Positions 1 through 8,501 of a stretch of 64,000 nt of DNA are shown here, one piece after another. The notes below the pieces were generated by a model. The model was not told the DNA's origin and searched no databases. It saw only the letters and a list, made by a program, of their open reading frames with translations. This DNA is from an uncultured Nitrososphaerota archaeon. GTDB taxonomy: Archaea; Thermoproteota; Methanomethylicia; Methanomethylicales; Methanomethylicaceae. The DNA is taken from contig CAZWMA010000009.1 in the NCBI GenBank assembly GCA_964634735.1, positions 3,378-67,377 on the forward strand, read 5' to 3'. Within the stretch, counting starts at the first letter, position 1; every line of letters begins with the position of its first letter. The position numbers were made by a program, and so were the translations under genes.

Positions 1-489
1 AAGGAGGCGAAGAGCCGGTCGGTGGACCTAGCGGCGCTCGAGGCGGCGATAAACGCCAACGGCGGGGGCAAGGTCGAGGTCATCGGCCTGAAGTATTCCG
101 ACAAGAAGAAGGTGAGGACGCTCAAGGAGAGGGCGAAGGTAGCCGAGAAGACATACAGGGCGCTTGTCGAGGTTGGCTGCCCGGTCTCGAATGAGACGCT
201 TCAAAAATTGGAGAAAAGCTTTAATGGGGGCGTTATAAATCAATTAACTCCGAACAGAGTACTGCATCGGCGAGCGGACAAGCTGAGGCTCAAGAAAGTG
301 CACGAAATGACGGCTAAGCCGGTAGATGACCGGAAGATAGAGTTGGTCGTGCGCTGCCAAGGCGGGCTCTATGTGAAGGAGCTCATATCCGGCGACGAGG
401 GCAGGACTAAGCCATGCGTCGCGGACGTGATTGGCTGTAGCGCCCGGTGCGTTGAACTGGACGTGATTTCGGTAAACGAAGGTGCATAG
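1..489 (+). CDS. pus10: tRNA pseudouridine(54/55) synthase Pus10, C-terminal part (5' truncated by window)
   Basis: Q.TP.RVLHRRAD..R.K.V and GGLYVKELISGDEGRT.P motifs; usual position upstream of rpl21e. Confidence 0.93.
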   Translation, partial: KEAKSRSVDLAALEAAINANGGGKVEVIGLKYSDKKKVRTLKERAKVAEKTYRALVEVGCPVSNETLQKLEKSFNGGVINQLTPNRVLHRRADKLRLKKVHEMTAKPVDDRKIELVVRCQGGLYVKELISGDEGRTKPCVADVIGCSARCVELDVISVNEGA

Positions 490-491
490 GT

Positions 492-788
492 ATGAAGCAT
501 TCAGTAGGATACAGGAACAGGACAAGATCACTGCTCAAGAAGAAGCCCAGGGAGAGAGGGCTCTCTCCAATTAACAGGATCCTCAGGGTCTACGAGAAGG
601 GTGAGAAGGTCGTCGTTAAGATAGACCCGTCAACCCTCAAGGGTATGCCCCACAGGAGGTTCCATGGCAAGACAGCCACTGTTATCGAAAAAAGGGGCAG
701 GGCTTACGTTCTAAATGTCCACATGGGCGGTTACGAGAAGGTAATAATAGCAAGGCCCGAGCACATAAAACCTCTAGAGGCAGCATAA
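492..788 (+). CDS. rpl21e: 50S ribosomal protein L21e
   Basis: S.GYR..TR.LL.K..RERG, KGMPHRRFHGKT and RPEHIK motifs. Confidence 0.97.
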   Translation: MKHSVGYRNRTRSLLKKKPRERGLSPINRILRVYEKGEKVVVKIDPSTLKGMPHRRFHGKTATVIEKRGRAYVLNVHMGGYEKVIIARPEHIKPLEAA

Positions 789-1121
789 ATGCCAAGGGAG
801 ACCGTGCACGAGGAGGAGATAACCCTCCCAAAGGTCAAGATGATGCTTGAGCAGCGCATGAAGGATGGGGAGCTTAGCGACCTCCAGAAGAGGAGCTACG
901 ATTATTCCATCAAGTTCTCCAGACTCACGCCAGAGAAGGCAGATGGCTTGCTCAAGAGGCTCAAGGAGGACGGGATATCATCGTTCATATCCACGCAGAT
1001 AGTGAACATTATGCCGCAGAGCGTCGATGAGTTAAGGATGATATTCATGGCTGAGTCGAAGCTCATGGTCCCGTCGGAGCTAGAGAAGATCCTGACTGTG
1101 GTCAACACGTTCAGGGAATAG
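789..1121 (+). CDS. rpo4: RNA polymerase subunit Rpo4 (RpoF)
   Basis: IVNIMPQSVDELRMI motif; conserved rpl21e-rpoF-DUF655-rsmA order. Confidence 0.92.
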   Translation: MPRETVHEEEITLPKVKMMLEQRMKDGELSDLQKRSYDYSIKFSRLTPEKADGLLKRLKEDGISSFISTQIVNIMPQSVDELRMIFMAESKLMVPSELEKILTVVNTFRE

Positions 1122-1183
1122 CCTATTTTTTATCCTTAATTTTATTAACTCAGCGAAGCAGTTACTTTATCTGGTGTTTCACG

Positions 1184-1774
1184 ATGCAGCCCAACAGAGA
1201 ACAGCCGAGGAAGTTCGAGGAGATAGCATATATCCTCGAGCACCTGCCATACGGCCACCCGAAGGATACAAGGCCGCTATACCGTAGGGAGCCGATTGTA
1301 CAGGCGGTTGGCGAAGATTTCTTCACTCTGCTGGAGCTGATTCCAATCCCCGGAGCCCCGCTGAAGCAAGGGGACCAGATTGCTATCGGCAGGTGGGGCA
1401 GGGACAAGATAGACCACGTCAAGAGGAGGATAGAGTACGACGAGCTGACGCAGAACGCGAAGGATGGCCTCCAAGCGATCGTGGAATCCCTCGTGATGAA
1501 GAATGAGAAGAGATTCGTTGCGTTCTACAACAACTCAGGCCCGGTAACGACGCGCATGCACTCGCTTGAGCTGCTGCCAGGGATCGGGAAGAAGGCGATG
1601 TGGCAGGTCCTCGAAGAGAGGAAGAAGGGCCCGTTTGTGGACTTTGACGACATACAGAAGAGGACGCATATCGCCGACGCGAAGAAGACGATCATCAAGA
1701 GGATATTCGCGGAGATGCAGAACGAAGACAAGTACTACATCTTCTGCAAGCCGCCCATGAAGAAGGAGATCTGA
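1184..1774 (+). CDS. DUF655 family putative nucleic-acid-binding protein
   Basis: QAVGEDFFTLLEL, FYN.SGP.TTRMHSLELLPGIGKK (HhH); conserved synteny. Confidence 0.9.
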   Translation: MQPNREQPRKFEEIAYILEHLPYGHPKDTRPLYRREPIVQAVGEDFFTLLELIPIPGAPLKQGDQIAIGRWGRDKIDHVKRRIEYDELTQNAKDGLQAIVESLVMKNEKRFVAFYNNSGPVTTRMHSLELLPGIGKKAMWQVLEERKKGPFVDFDDIQKRTHIADAKKTIIKRIFAEMQNEDKYYIFCKPPMKKEI

Positions 1775-1777
1775 TGA

Positions 1778-2626
1778 TTGATAAGCCCGGGCCTTTTGAG
1801 CCAGACTAGGCGGGCGCTCTCTGAAATCGGGCTGAAGCCCAGCAAGAAGCTTGGGCAGAACTATGTCGTGGACCAGTCCCTCATCGACTGCATGGTCGAT
1901 GCCGCGGACATAGGGCGTGGCGATACGGTGCTGGAGATAGGCGCAGGCATAGGGACGCTCACCAAGGCAATCGCGTCGAGGGCGGGGAGGGTCATAGCCG
2001 TTGAGAAGGAGGAGGCCGCGGCGGAGTTCCTCGAAGCGGCGCTTCCAGGCAATGCCGAGGTCCTGCTTGGGGATGCGCTGGAGATGCGATTGCCGCCCAC
2101 TGACAAGGTGCTCTCAAATCTCCCTTACTCCATATCGACGCCCCTGACGTTCAAGCTGCTCTCAGAGGGGACGTTCAAGCTGGCCGTCCTCACCTACCAG
2201 AAGGAGGTTGCAGAGAGGATGGTCGCGAAGCCCGGGGGAGCGGATTACTCGAGGCTCAGCGTCGCTTGTCAGCTGAGGGCAGATGTGGAGATAGTCAGGG
2301 CATTCCCAAAGGACTCTTTCTTCCCGGTGCCGAAGGTCGAGAGCGCGGTCGTCAAGATCTCCCCCAAGGAGGATGTGATGAGCGCCTCCCAATGGGCATG
2401 GCTGGACGACACTCTGAAGGCGATGTTCTCCCAAAGGAAGAGGGTCCTCAGGAAGGCGCTGGAGACGTATGGCAAGATAAAACGGATGGACACCCCGCAT
2501 ATCGCAGACGCCATCGGGCAGGAGGTCATGAGGAAGAGGGTCTTCGAGCTTTCCCCGAAGGAGTTCAAGGTCATTGCTGAGGAGCTCAGCAGCAAGCAGG
2601 GGAACAGGCTGGGCGGCGACAGATGA
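1778..2626 (+). CDS. rsmA: 16S rRNA m6,2A dimethyltransferase RsmA/KsgA/Dim1
   Basis: KKLGQN, VLEIGAGIG, SNLPYSIS, F.P.PKV.S motifs; TTG start. Confidence 0.95.
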   Translation: MISPGLLSQTRRALSEIGLKPSKKLGQNYVVDQSLIDCMVDAADIGRGDTVLEIGAGIGTLTKAIASRAGRVIAVEKEEAAAEFLEAALPGNAEVLLGDALEMRLPPTDKVLSNLPYSISTPLTFKLLSEGTFKLAVLTYQKEVAERMVAKPGGADYSRLSVACQLRADVEIVRAFPKDSFFPVPKVESAVVKISPKEDVMSASQWAWLDDTLKAMFSQRKRVLRKALETYGKIKRMDTPHIADAIGQEVMRKRVFELSPKEFKVIAEELSSKQGNRLGGDR

Positions 2627-3216
2627 AGATCGAAGGCTTCGACGTTGCGGTGCTTGAAGGGGTCTACCCCCCGTCAGAGGACACGTTCCTTCTGATTGAT
2701 GCGATAAAGGGCGCCTCAGCAGGCAGCGCCCTTGAGGTCTGCTGCGGCACGGGCGCCGTCGGCCTCAGCGCCGCCAGCAGGGTCCGGTCGATAGTGGAGG
2801 TGGACATAAACCCCCGGGCTGCGGCAAACGCCCGGCTCAACTTTTCGAGGAACGGGCTCGGCGCAAAGGCACTCTTCGTGGTTGGCGACCTCTTCTCGTG
2901 CGTGAGGGGCAGGTTCAGCCTTGTGGTAATGAATCCGCCCTATCTGCCGGACGGGGAGGGCGACCCGCGGGATCCAGCATGGAGCGGCGGTCCAAGCGGG
3001 AGGGAGACAATCGACAGGTTCATAGATGGGCTTGGCGGCGTGCTCGCGCCTGGCGGGAGGGCGTTCTTCCTGCAGTCCTCGCTCAATGGGGAGAGGGAGA
3101 GCATCAGAAGGCTGATGGAGTCGGGGCTCGAGGGGAGGGCTGTGCTCAGAAGGCGTTTCCAGTTCGAGGAGCTTGTTGTCATCGAAGCGTTCCATGGGAA
3201 GGCGCAGAAAGGCTAA
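2623..3216 (+). CDS. HemK2/MTQ2-family methyltransferase (release-factor Gln methylase, Trm112 partner)
   Basis: VYPPSEDTFLL, LEVCCGTG, NPPY, W.GG..GR motifs. Confidence 0.88.
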   Translation: MKIEGFDVAVLEGVYPPSEDTFLLIDAIKGASAGSALEVCCGTGAVGLSAASRVRSIVEVDINPRAAANARLNFSRNGLGAKALFVVGDLFSCVRGRFSLVVMNPPYLPDGEGDPRDPAWSGGPSGRETIDRFIDGLGGVLAPGGRAFFLQSSLNGERESIRRLMESGLEGRAVLRRRFQFEELVVIEAFHGKAQKG

Positions 3217-3263
3217 AATAGGCTTTCAATCTTCCTCATTTGGAAGAAGACGGAGGAATAGAC

Positions 3264-3767
3264 ATGCCAAACGACAGACCGGCAAGCTGTTATCGTTATT
3301 TCGATACGCCAGCGTACACAAGAAGGAAGTACATCAGAGGCGTTCCAGGCTCGAAGATTGTAAAGTTTGACTACGGCGACACGAAGGGAGACTTCCCAGC
3401 GCTGGTCAGGCTGGTCGCGCTCGAGGCGGGGCAGATCAGGCACAACGCCCTCGACGCTGCGAGGGTAATCGTGACCAAGGCGATGTCAATCGGTGTCGGG
3501 GATACGGGCTACCATCTCAAGATAAGGACATACCCGCACCAGGTTCTTAGGGAGAACAAGATGATGGCATTCGCTGGGGCAGACCGTCTGCAGGACGGCA
3601 TGCGAAGGTCGTTCGGCAAGCCGTGCGGAACAGCCGCGAGGCTCAGGTTCCTTCAGCCGATAATCGACGTGAGGGTCCCAGCAGACAAGAGGCAGGTTGC
3701 ACGCGACGCGCTCAAGCTCGCCTGCGCCAAGATGCCCATGCCATGCAGGGTAATCGACGTAGAGTGA
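3264..3767 (+). CDS. rpl10e: 50S ribosomal protein L16/L10e
   Basis: RPA.CYR, YPHQVLRENKM..FAGADRLQDGMR.SFGKP; GGAGG 7 nt before ATG 3264. Confidence 0.97.
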   Translation: MPNDRPASCYRYFDTPAYTRRKYIRGVPGSKIVKFDYGDTKGDFPALVRLVALEAGQIRHNALDAARVIVTKAMSIGVGDTGYHLKIRTYPHQVLRENKMMAFAGADRLQDGMRRSFGKPCGTAARLRFLQPIIDVRVPADKRQVARDALKLACAKMPMPCRVIDVE

Positions 3768-3780
3768 TCTAACTCTGAAC

Positions 3781-3804
3781 GCGCCCGAAAGGGCGCTTCT
3801 TTTC
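3781..3804 (+). terminator. GC hairpin with GAAA tetraloop followed by U-rich tract after rpl10e
   Basis: GCGCCC-GAAA-GGGCGC then TTCTTTTC. Confidence 0.6.
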
Positions 3805-3889
3805 AACAATTTACTATTGATTTTCACGGCACTCCAGCGTCTCAGTCTTATATTGCTGGAGCGAGAACCTGTAATCAAAGGGATCCACC

Positions 3890-4849
3890 ATGAGCGAATA
3901 TGACTTTGAGCCCGAGAGGGTCGTGATGGAGGCGAGGTCGCGCGGAGCGAAGACGCTCCTCATACAGGCTCCGGATGGCCTCAAGCAGCACTTGGCGACG
4001 CTCATCGCCCGGCTCGAGTCGGATGGGTTCTATCCAATAATCTCTGCGGATCCGTGCTACGGGGGGTGCGACCTCGCGGAGGGTGAGGCGCGGCGGGTCC
4101 ATGCGGACATGATAATACACGTGGGGCATTACCGGTTCACGGCAGCAGAAGCAACCGTACCTACGGTCTATGTACCGGCGCGGCATATCGCAGACCTCAG
4201 CGACCTGGCAGCCAAAGCTGCTGAATTTCTGTCCGGGAAGGGGCTGAAGGCGGTCGGCATAGTTGCGAACACGCAGCACCTGTCTTACGTCAGCTGCTTC
4301 CGGGGCGCCCTCGAGTGCGCCGGGATAAAGGCAGTAATCGACGACAGCACCGGGGGGCTCGTTCTCGGATGCAGGACCTCCGCGGCGGCTGCGATTGAAG
4401 GCTCCGTCGATGGGTTCCTATTCATCGGAGGCGGCGACTTCCATGCCCTCGGGGTCGCGATGGCGGTCGAGAAGGATGTCTATGCCGCTGACCCATACAG
4501 GGGCGAGGTGAGGGACATGGCGGCCATGAAGAAGAAGGAGCTCGCAAAGAGGTGGTGGGCGATAATGGAGGCTGCGCGCGCGAAGGCTTTCGGAATCGTG
4601 GTCGTCGCAAAGTCAGGGCAGCTCGACCTGGATGGCGCAAAGTCGCTGAAGGCAAGGCTTGAGGCGAAGGGCAAGAGGGCGTTCCTGATTGTGGCAGACG
4701 AAGCGAGCTGGGACAGGCTTGCCGGCTTCTCGTTTGCAGAGGTGCTTGTGGTGACCGGTTGCCCGAGGGTGGCGCCCGACAACCAAGAATGCTTCCCCAA
4801 GCCGGTCCTAAACGCGCAGGAGGCTGAAGAGCTCCTGAAGAGGATATGA
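3890..4849 (+). CDS. dph2: Diphthamide biosynthesis enzyme Dph2
   Basis: Q.PDGLK, PCYGGCD, VLGC, GGG.FH, GCPR (Fe-S Cys ligands). Confidence 0.93.
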   Translation: MSEYDFEPERVVMEARSRGAKTLLIQAPDGLKQHLATLIARLESDGFYPIISADPCYGGCDLAEGEARRVHADMIIHVGHYRFTAAEATVPTVYVPARHIADLSDLAAKAAEFLSGKGLKAVGIVANTQHLSYVSCFRGALECAGIKAVIDDSTGGLVLGCRTSAAAAIEGSVDGFLFIGGGDFHALGVAMAVEKDVYAADPYRGEVRDMAAMKKKELAKRWWAIMEAARAKAFGIVVVAKSGQLDLDGAKSLKARLEAKGKRAFLIVADEASWDRLAGFSFAEVLVVTGCPRVAPDNQECFPKPVLNAQEAEELLKRI

Positions 4850-4853
4850 GACC

Positions 4854-5474
4854 ATGATAACGTCGAAGAGCGAGCTCGAAATCGCGCTTGAGAGGGTCGG
4901 CAACTTCTCTAACCCAAAGATAAAACTCGAGCAGTACAGGCTCCCGGCGCCGCAGGTGGCGGAGATACTGTGGTACATCGGGCTCAGGCACAGGGATATC
5001 GAGGGGAGGATCGTAGCGGACTTGGGCTGCGGCACAGGCATGTTCACAATAGGCTCCGCGCTCATGGGGGCGGATATGGTCGTTGGTGTCGACCTGGACC
5101 TTGAGGCAATGGCGGCTGCAAAGCGGCTAGCATGCAAGATGAGGGTGAGCGACAGCACGGAGTTCGTGGAAGGCGATGCCGGGCACCCACCGCCGAGGGC
5201 AGATGTGGTCATCCAGAACCCGCCCTTCGGAGTCCAGGTCAGGGAGGCGGATAGGGCATTCCTCAGGGGAGCCCTCGAGTGCGCCCCAACGGTTTACTCG
5301 CTCCATAAGGGGGGGCAGGAAGGGAGGGAGTTCATAGTCAAGTACATCAAGGAGCTTGGCGGAAGGGTGGACGAGGTCCTGCCGTTAAAGATAAAACTAC
5401 CCCCTACATATCACTTCCATACAAAGAGATTTCATGCGTTTGACGTTGATCTTTACAGAATTGTGAGGGATTGA
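4854..5474 (+). CDS. METTL5-family rRNA adenine N6-methyltransferase
   Basis: LEQY..PA..AE, DLGCGTG, VIQNPPFG, AD..FL, VYSLHK. Confidence 0.9.
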   Translation: MITSKSELEIALERVGNFSNPKIKLEQYRLPAPQVAEILWYIGLRHRDIEGRIVADLGCGTGMFTIGSALMGADMVVGVDLDLEAMAAAKRLACKMRVSDSTEFVEGDAGHPPPRADVVIQNPPFGVQVREADRAFLRGALECAPTVYSLHKGGQEGREFIVKYIKELGGRVDEVLPLKIKLPPTYHFHTKRFHAFDVDLYRIVRD

Positions 5475-6037
5475 GAATGACAAAGTCAGGCAAAGATGTC
5501 ATAATGCCCGGGGACGAGCTGGGTGTTATCGAGGAGTATATGCCAGGCAACGGCACCTACGAGGACGATGGCAAAATCAAGTCCAACACCGTAGGCGCGC
5601 TTGACATCGACGCCCAGAACCGGAAGGTGGGCGTCAAGGTCGGCAGGAGGGTTGCAGTCCCAGAGGTCGGGGACATCGTCGAGGCTATAGTCACGCTTGC
5701 GAAGGAGGACAAGGCGGTCGTCAAGATAGTTGCGATAAGGGGGAAGAAGACGCTATCAGGGGACTTCACCGGCGAGCTGCACATATCGCAGGCGGCCAAG
5801 AGCTATACCAAGTCGATGCACGACATCACGAATGTCAACGATAGGATACTGGCAAAGGTCGAGACGGGATGGTCTCCATACCAGCTCTCGACGAGGGACG
5901 ATGATTTGGGGGTAATCTTTGCCACCTGCACGAAGTGCGGCGACAACCTGGTGCTCAAGGGCGACAGGCTTGTGTGCTTGACCGAGAAGGTATACGAGAG
6001 GAGAAAGGTTTCGAAGCAGTATGCGTTGATGGAGTGA
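5471..6037 (+). CDS. csl4: Exosome complex RNA-binding protein Csl4
   Basis: PGDELG..EEY..G.GTY N-terminus, S1 domain, LGVI.A.C..CG zinc ribbon. Confidence 0.93.
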   Translation: MRMTKSGKDVIMPGDELGVIEEYMPGNGTYEDDGKIKSNTVGALDIDAQNRKVGVKVGRRVAVPEVGDIVEAIVTLAKEDKAVVKIVAIRGKKTLSGDFTGELHISQAAKSYTKSMHDITNVNDRILAKVETGWSPYQLSTRDDDLGVIFATCTKCGDNLVLKGDRLVCLTEKVYERRKVSKQYALME

Positions 6038-6043
6038 CATGGA

Positions 6044-6322
6044 ATGAAAATCAAGGTAATAACCGAGACCAAGAACACGCTTGAGATCGAGATTGCAGAC
6101 GAAGATCATACGCTGGGCAACTACCTCAGGACGGCGCTCCTAGCCGAGCCTAAGGTCGAGCAGGCAGGTTACCAGATCGTCCACCCGCTTACCGGCGGCA
6201 TACGGGTTGTCGTGACGACCAAGGAGAACGCGAATCCGAGGAAGGTAATGGACAGCGCGCTCGCGAAGATGGAAGCACAGACCAAGGAGTTCAAGGAAAA
6301 GTTCAAGAAGGCGCAGGCTTAG
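6044..6322 (+). CDS. rpo11: RNA polymerase subunit Rpo11 (RpoL)
   Basis: EDHTLGNYL, AGY...HPL motifs. Confidence 0.95.
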   Translation: MKIKVITETKNTLEIEIADEDHTLGNYLRTALLAEPKVEQAGYQIVHPLTGGIRVVVTTKENANPRKVMDSALAKMEAQTKEFKEKFKKAQA

Positions 6323-6333
6323 GGGGGCGCGCC

Positions 6334-6756
6334 TTGGCGACTGACGCCATTGTCAGGGCGAGGCTTCAGGCTTTCTGTGAGGACAAGGGGCTTGCGCAGC
6401 TAGGCGATTCTTTTGTAAATTTAGTCTACTCGCTGGCTAAGTCACGTGCGAGCGGCAGCCCGGTAGGCGAGAAGGTGCCGGACAAGGTCCTCTCGGAGGC
6501 GCTGGAGCTCTCGAGGCTCCCGGTTCCCGCGCGGCTCAAGCATGGAGAGAGAGGCAACATAGTCGAGGCGGCGCTGGCCCATGCATGGATGGGCAACATG
6601 ATAACGGTAGACGGGGCGGCTGCGGTTCTGCAGGAGTCGCTGGCGAAGATGGAGTTCAAGAGCGCATCGCTCGAGAGGGAGATCGCAGCCAAAGCCTTTT
6701 CCAAGCTCTTCAAAGAAGCCGTGGTGAAGATACTGCTGTCGGAGGGCACTGGTTGA
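6334..6756 (+). CDS. Archaeal ribonuclease III-like (single RNase III domain) family protein
   Basis: DKGLAQLGDSFVNLVYSLA and GNIVEA match the two RNase III signature segments; TTG start. Confidence 0.72.
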   Translation: MATDAIVRARLQAFCEDKGLAQLGDSFVNLVYSLAKSRASGSPVGEKVPDKVLSEALELSRLPVPARLKHGERGNIVEAALAHAWMGNMITVDGAAAVLQESLAKMEFKSASLEREIAAKAFSKLFKEAVVKILLSEGTG

Positions 6757-7157
6757 TGCCAGCCCGCCGCAAGAGGGAGGGCAGGGTGCTCTTCGTTGAC
6801 ATTGCTGGCGGAAGGGGAGGGGGCATCTTGGCGATAGTCTTCCGCGGCGGGTGGATCGACTGCATAGCGGCGGTCAGGGACCCGGGCAGCGCGGACGCAG
6901 CGGCATCGTGGCTTGGGTCGCAGGGATTCATGCTGGAGGTTACAGGCATCGATGTCGGTCCAGGATTGCCGGTGGCGTGGGGAGAGGCGGAAGCCGGGAA
7001 GCTGTCCGAATGGGGCAAGTCAAGGGGATTTACGGCGTGCAAGCTAGGGAGCAGGAATGCGGCTCAGGCGCACGTGATCTCATCGGGTCTTGAAGATTAC
7101 CTCGTTCGCGACCGAATCGGGAAGGCTGCTGAGCACGGCTCGCCTGCTGACCGTTAA
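6756..7157 (+). CDS. Hypothetical protein, divergent and shortened DUF99 (endonuclease dU-like, RNase H fold)
   Basis: TGATG overlap with upstream gene; RVLFVD...AIVFRGGWIDC resembles the DUF99 N-terminus. Confidence 0.45.
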   Translation: MPARRKREGRVLFVDIAGGRGGGILAIVFRGGWIDCIAAVRDPGSADAAASWLGSQGFMLEVTGIDVGPGLPVAWGEAEAGKLSEWGKSRGFTACKLGSRNAAQAHVISSGLEDYLVRDRIGKAAEHGSPADR

Positions 7158-7198
7158 GGTTAAATCGTGAAGGCTTTTGTTGTGGAGCGGGGAATAAA

Positions 7199-7528
7199 AT
7201 GGAGTTCTGCCCTAAGTGCAACTGCTTCCTCATTGAGGACCCGAAGAGAAAGGTCTTTGTGTGCAAGAAGTGCAAGTTCGAGAAGCCAGCCAAGGGAAGC
7301 CAGAGCCAGAGGTTCGTAGAGGTCATCAGCAAGCCCAAGAAAGAGCTGATAGTCAAGGACAGCGACAACCCCAATGACACGACGCTCCCAAAGACACGCG
7401 CGGAGTGCAAGAAGTGCGGCAACATGGAAGCATATTATTGGATGATCCAGACTCGGAGCGCCGATGAGCCTTCAACGAGGTTCTACAGGTGCACAAAGTG
7501 CAGCATGACGTGGCGCGAGTACGAGTGA
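7199..7528 (+). CDS. tfs: Transcription factor S (TFS/RpoM)
   Basis: Two zinc ribbons; QTRSADEP.T.FYRC..C..TWREYE. Confidence 0.96.
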   Translation: MEFCPKCNCFLIEDPKRKVFVCKKCKFEKPAKGSQSQRFVEVISKPKKELIVKDSDNPNDTTLPKTRAECKKCGNMEAYYWMIQTRSADEPSTRFYRCTKCSMTWREYE

Positions 7529-7665
7529 GCTGCACCATGTTTATTGGTGCTTTATTCTAGCGCATATTAATAGAGCCGTTTTTGGCTAGGAAATTGGCTC
7601 GGACGATAGCTCGCAACGGTTAAGTACTCCAACTTTTTATAGAGTTAGGTTGCGGAGGAAGAGTT

Positions 7666-8418
7666 GTGTTCAAGGCAGTACTTGCTGATGGTCGTATTTG
7701 GAAGAGCATTATCGAATCGATATCTACACTGGTTGAGGAGGGCGTTTTCATAGCGGACCCTTCGGGCATCAAGCTCAGGGCAATGGATCCGTCCAGGGTT
7801 GCCATGGTGGACTTGGAGCTCCCGAAGGCTGCTTTCGAGTCCTATGAGTGCGCAGCGGAGATACCGATTGGCATTAACTTCGAGGACATGAAGAATATCA
7901 TGAAGAGGGTAGGCTCGAACGAGAAGCTCGAGCTCGAGAAGATGGATGACGAGGCAAGGCTCAAGACAAGGTTCAAGGGCAAGTCGTCGAGGACGTTCTC
8001 GCTGTCGCTGCTTGACCTTGGCAAGGAGGAGCTCTCGGCGCCGCGCATACCATTCAACGCAACGGTAAAGATACCGGCAGGGACCCTGCTTGAGGCAATC
8101 AGGGATGCGGAGGTCGTAAGCGACTTCGTAAGGGTTTTGGCGGAGAACGGCCAGCTCAAGGTAAGCGCCTCGGGCGACAGGGGTGAAGTCGACGTCATAA
8201 TAACGAAGGACAGCGGCGAACTTCTATCCTTAGAGCTCAAGGAGATGGCGAAGGCGCTCTACAGCCTGTCATATCTTAGCAAGATGATGGCGGCGTCTGC
8301 CCTTTCGGAGATAGCGATAGTCATGTTCTCTACGGACATGCCGCTTAGGCTCGAGTTCAACCTCTCGAGCGGCGGGAAGATAGTCTACTACTTGGCTCCA
8401 AGGATGGAGAACGACTGA
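7666..8418 (+). CDS. pcn: DNA polymerase sliding clamp PCNA
   Basis: LRAMDPSRVAMVDL, YYLAPR; GTG start 7 nt after GGAGG. Confidence 0.97.
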   Translation: MFKAVLADGRIWKSIIESISTLVEEGVFIADPSGIKLRAMDPSRVAMVDLELPKAAFESYECAAEIPIGINFEDMKNIMKRVGSNEKLELEKMDDEARLKTRFKGKSSRTFSLSLLDLGKEELSAPRIPFNATVKIPAGTLLEAIRDAEVVSDFVRVLAENGQLKVSASGDRGEVDVIITKDSGELLSLELKEMAKALYSLSYLSKMMAASALSEIAIVMFSTDMPLRLEFNLSSGGKIVYYLAPRMEND

Positions 8419-8442
8419 GGCGCGGCAGTATCAGCGCTGCGA

Positions 8443-8462
8443 GGCGGCGGGCATCTGCCGCC
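8443..8462 (+). terminator. GC-rich hairpin between pcn and priL
   Basis: GGCGGCGG-GCAT-CTGCCGCC (8 bp with one G.U pair), shortly before TTTTTTATA. Confidence 0.45.
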
Positions 8463-8501
8463 CTAAGCTATTTTTTATAACAGGCAGGACAGAGAGGTCA
8501 G

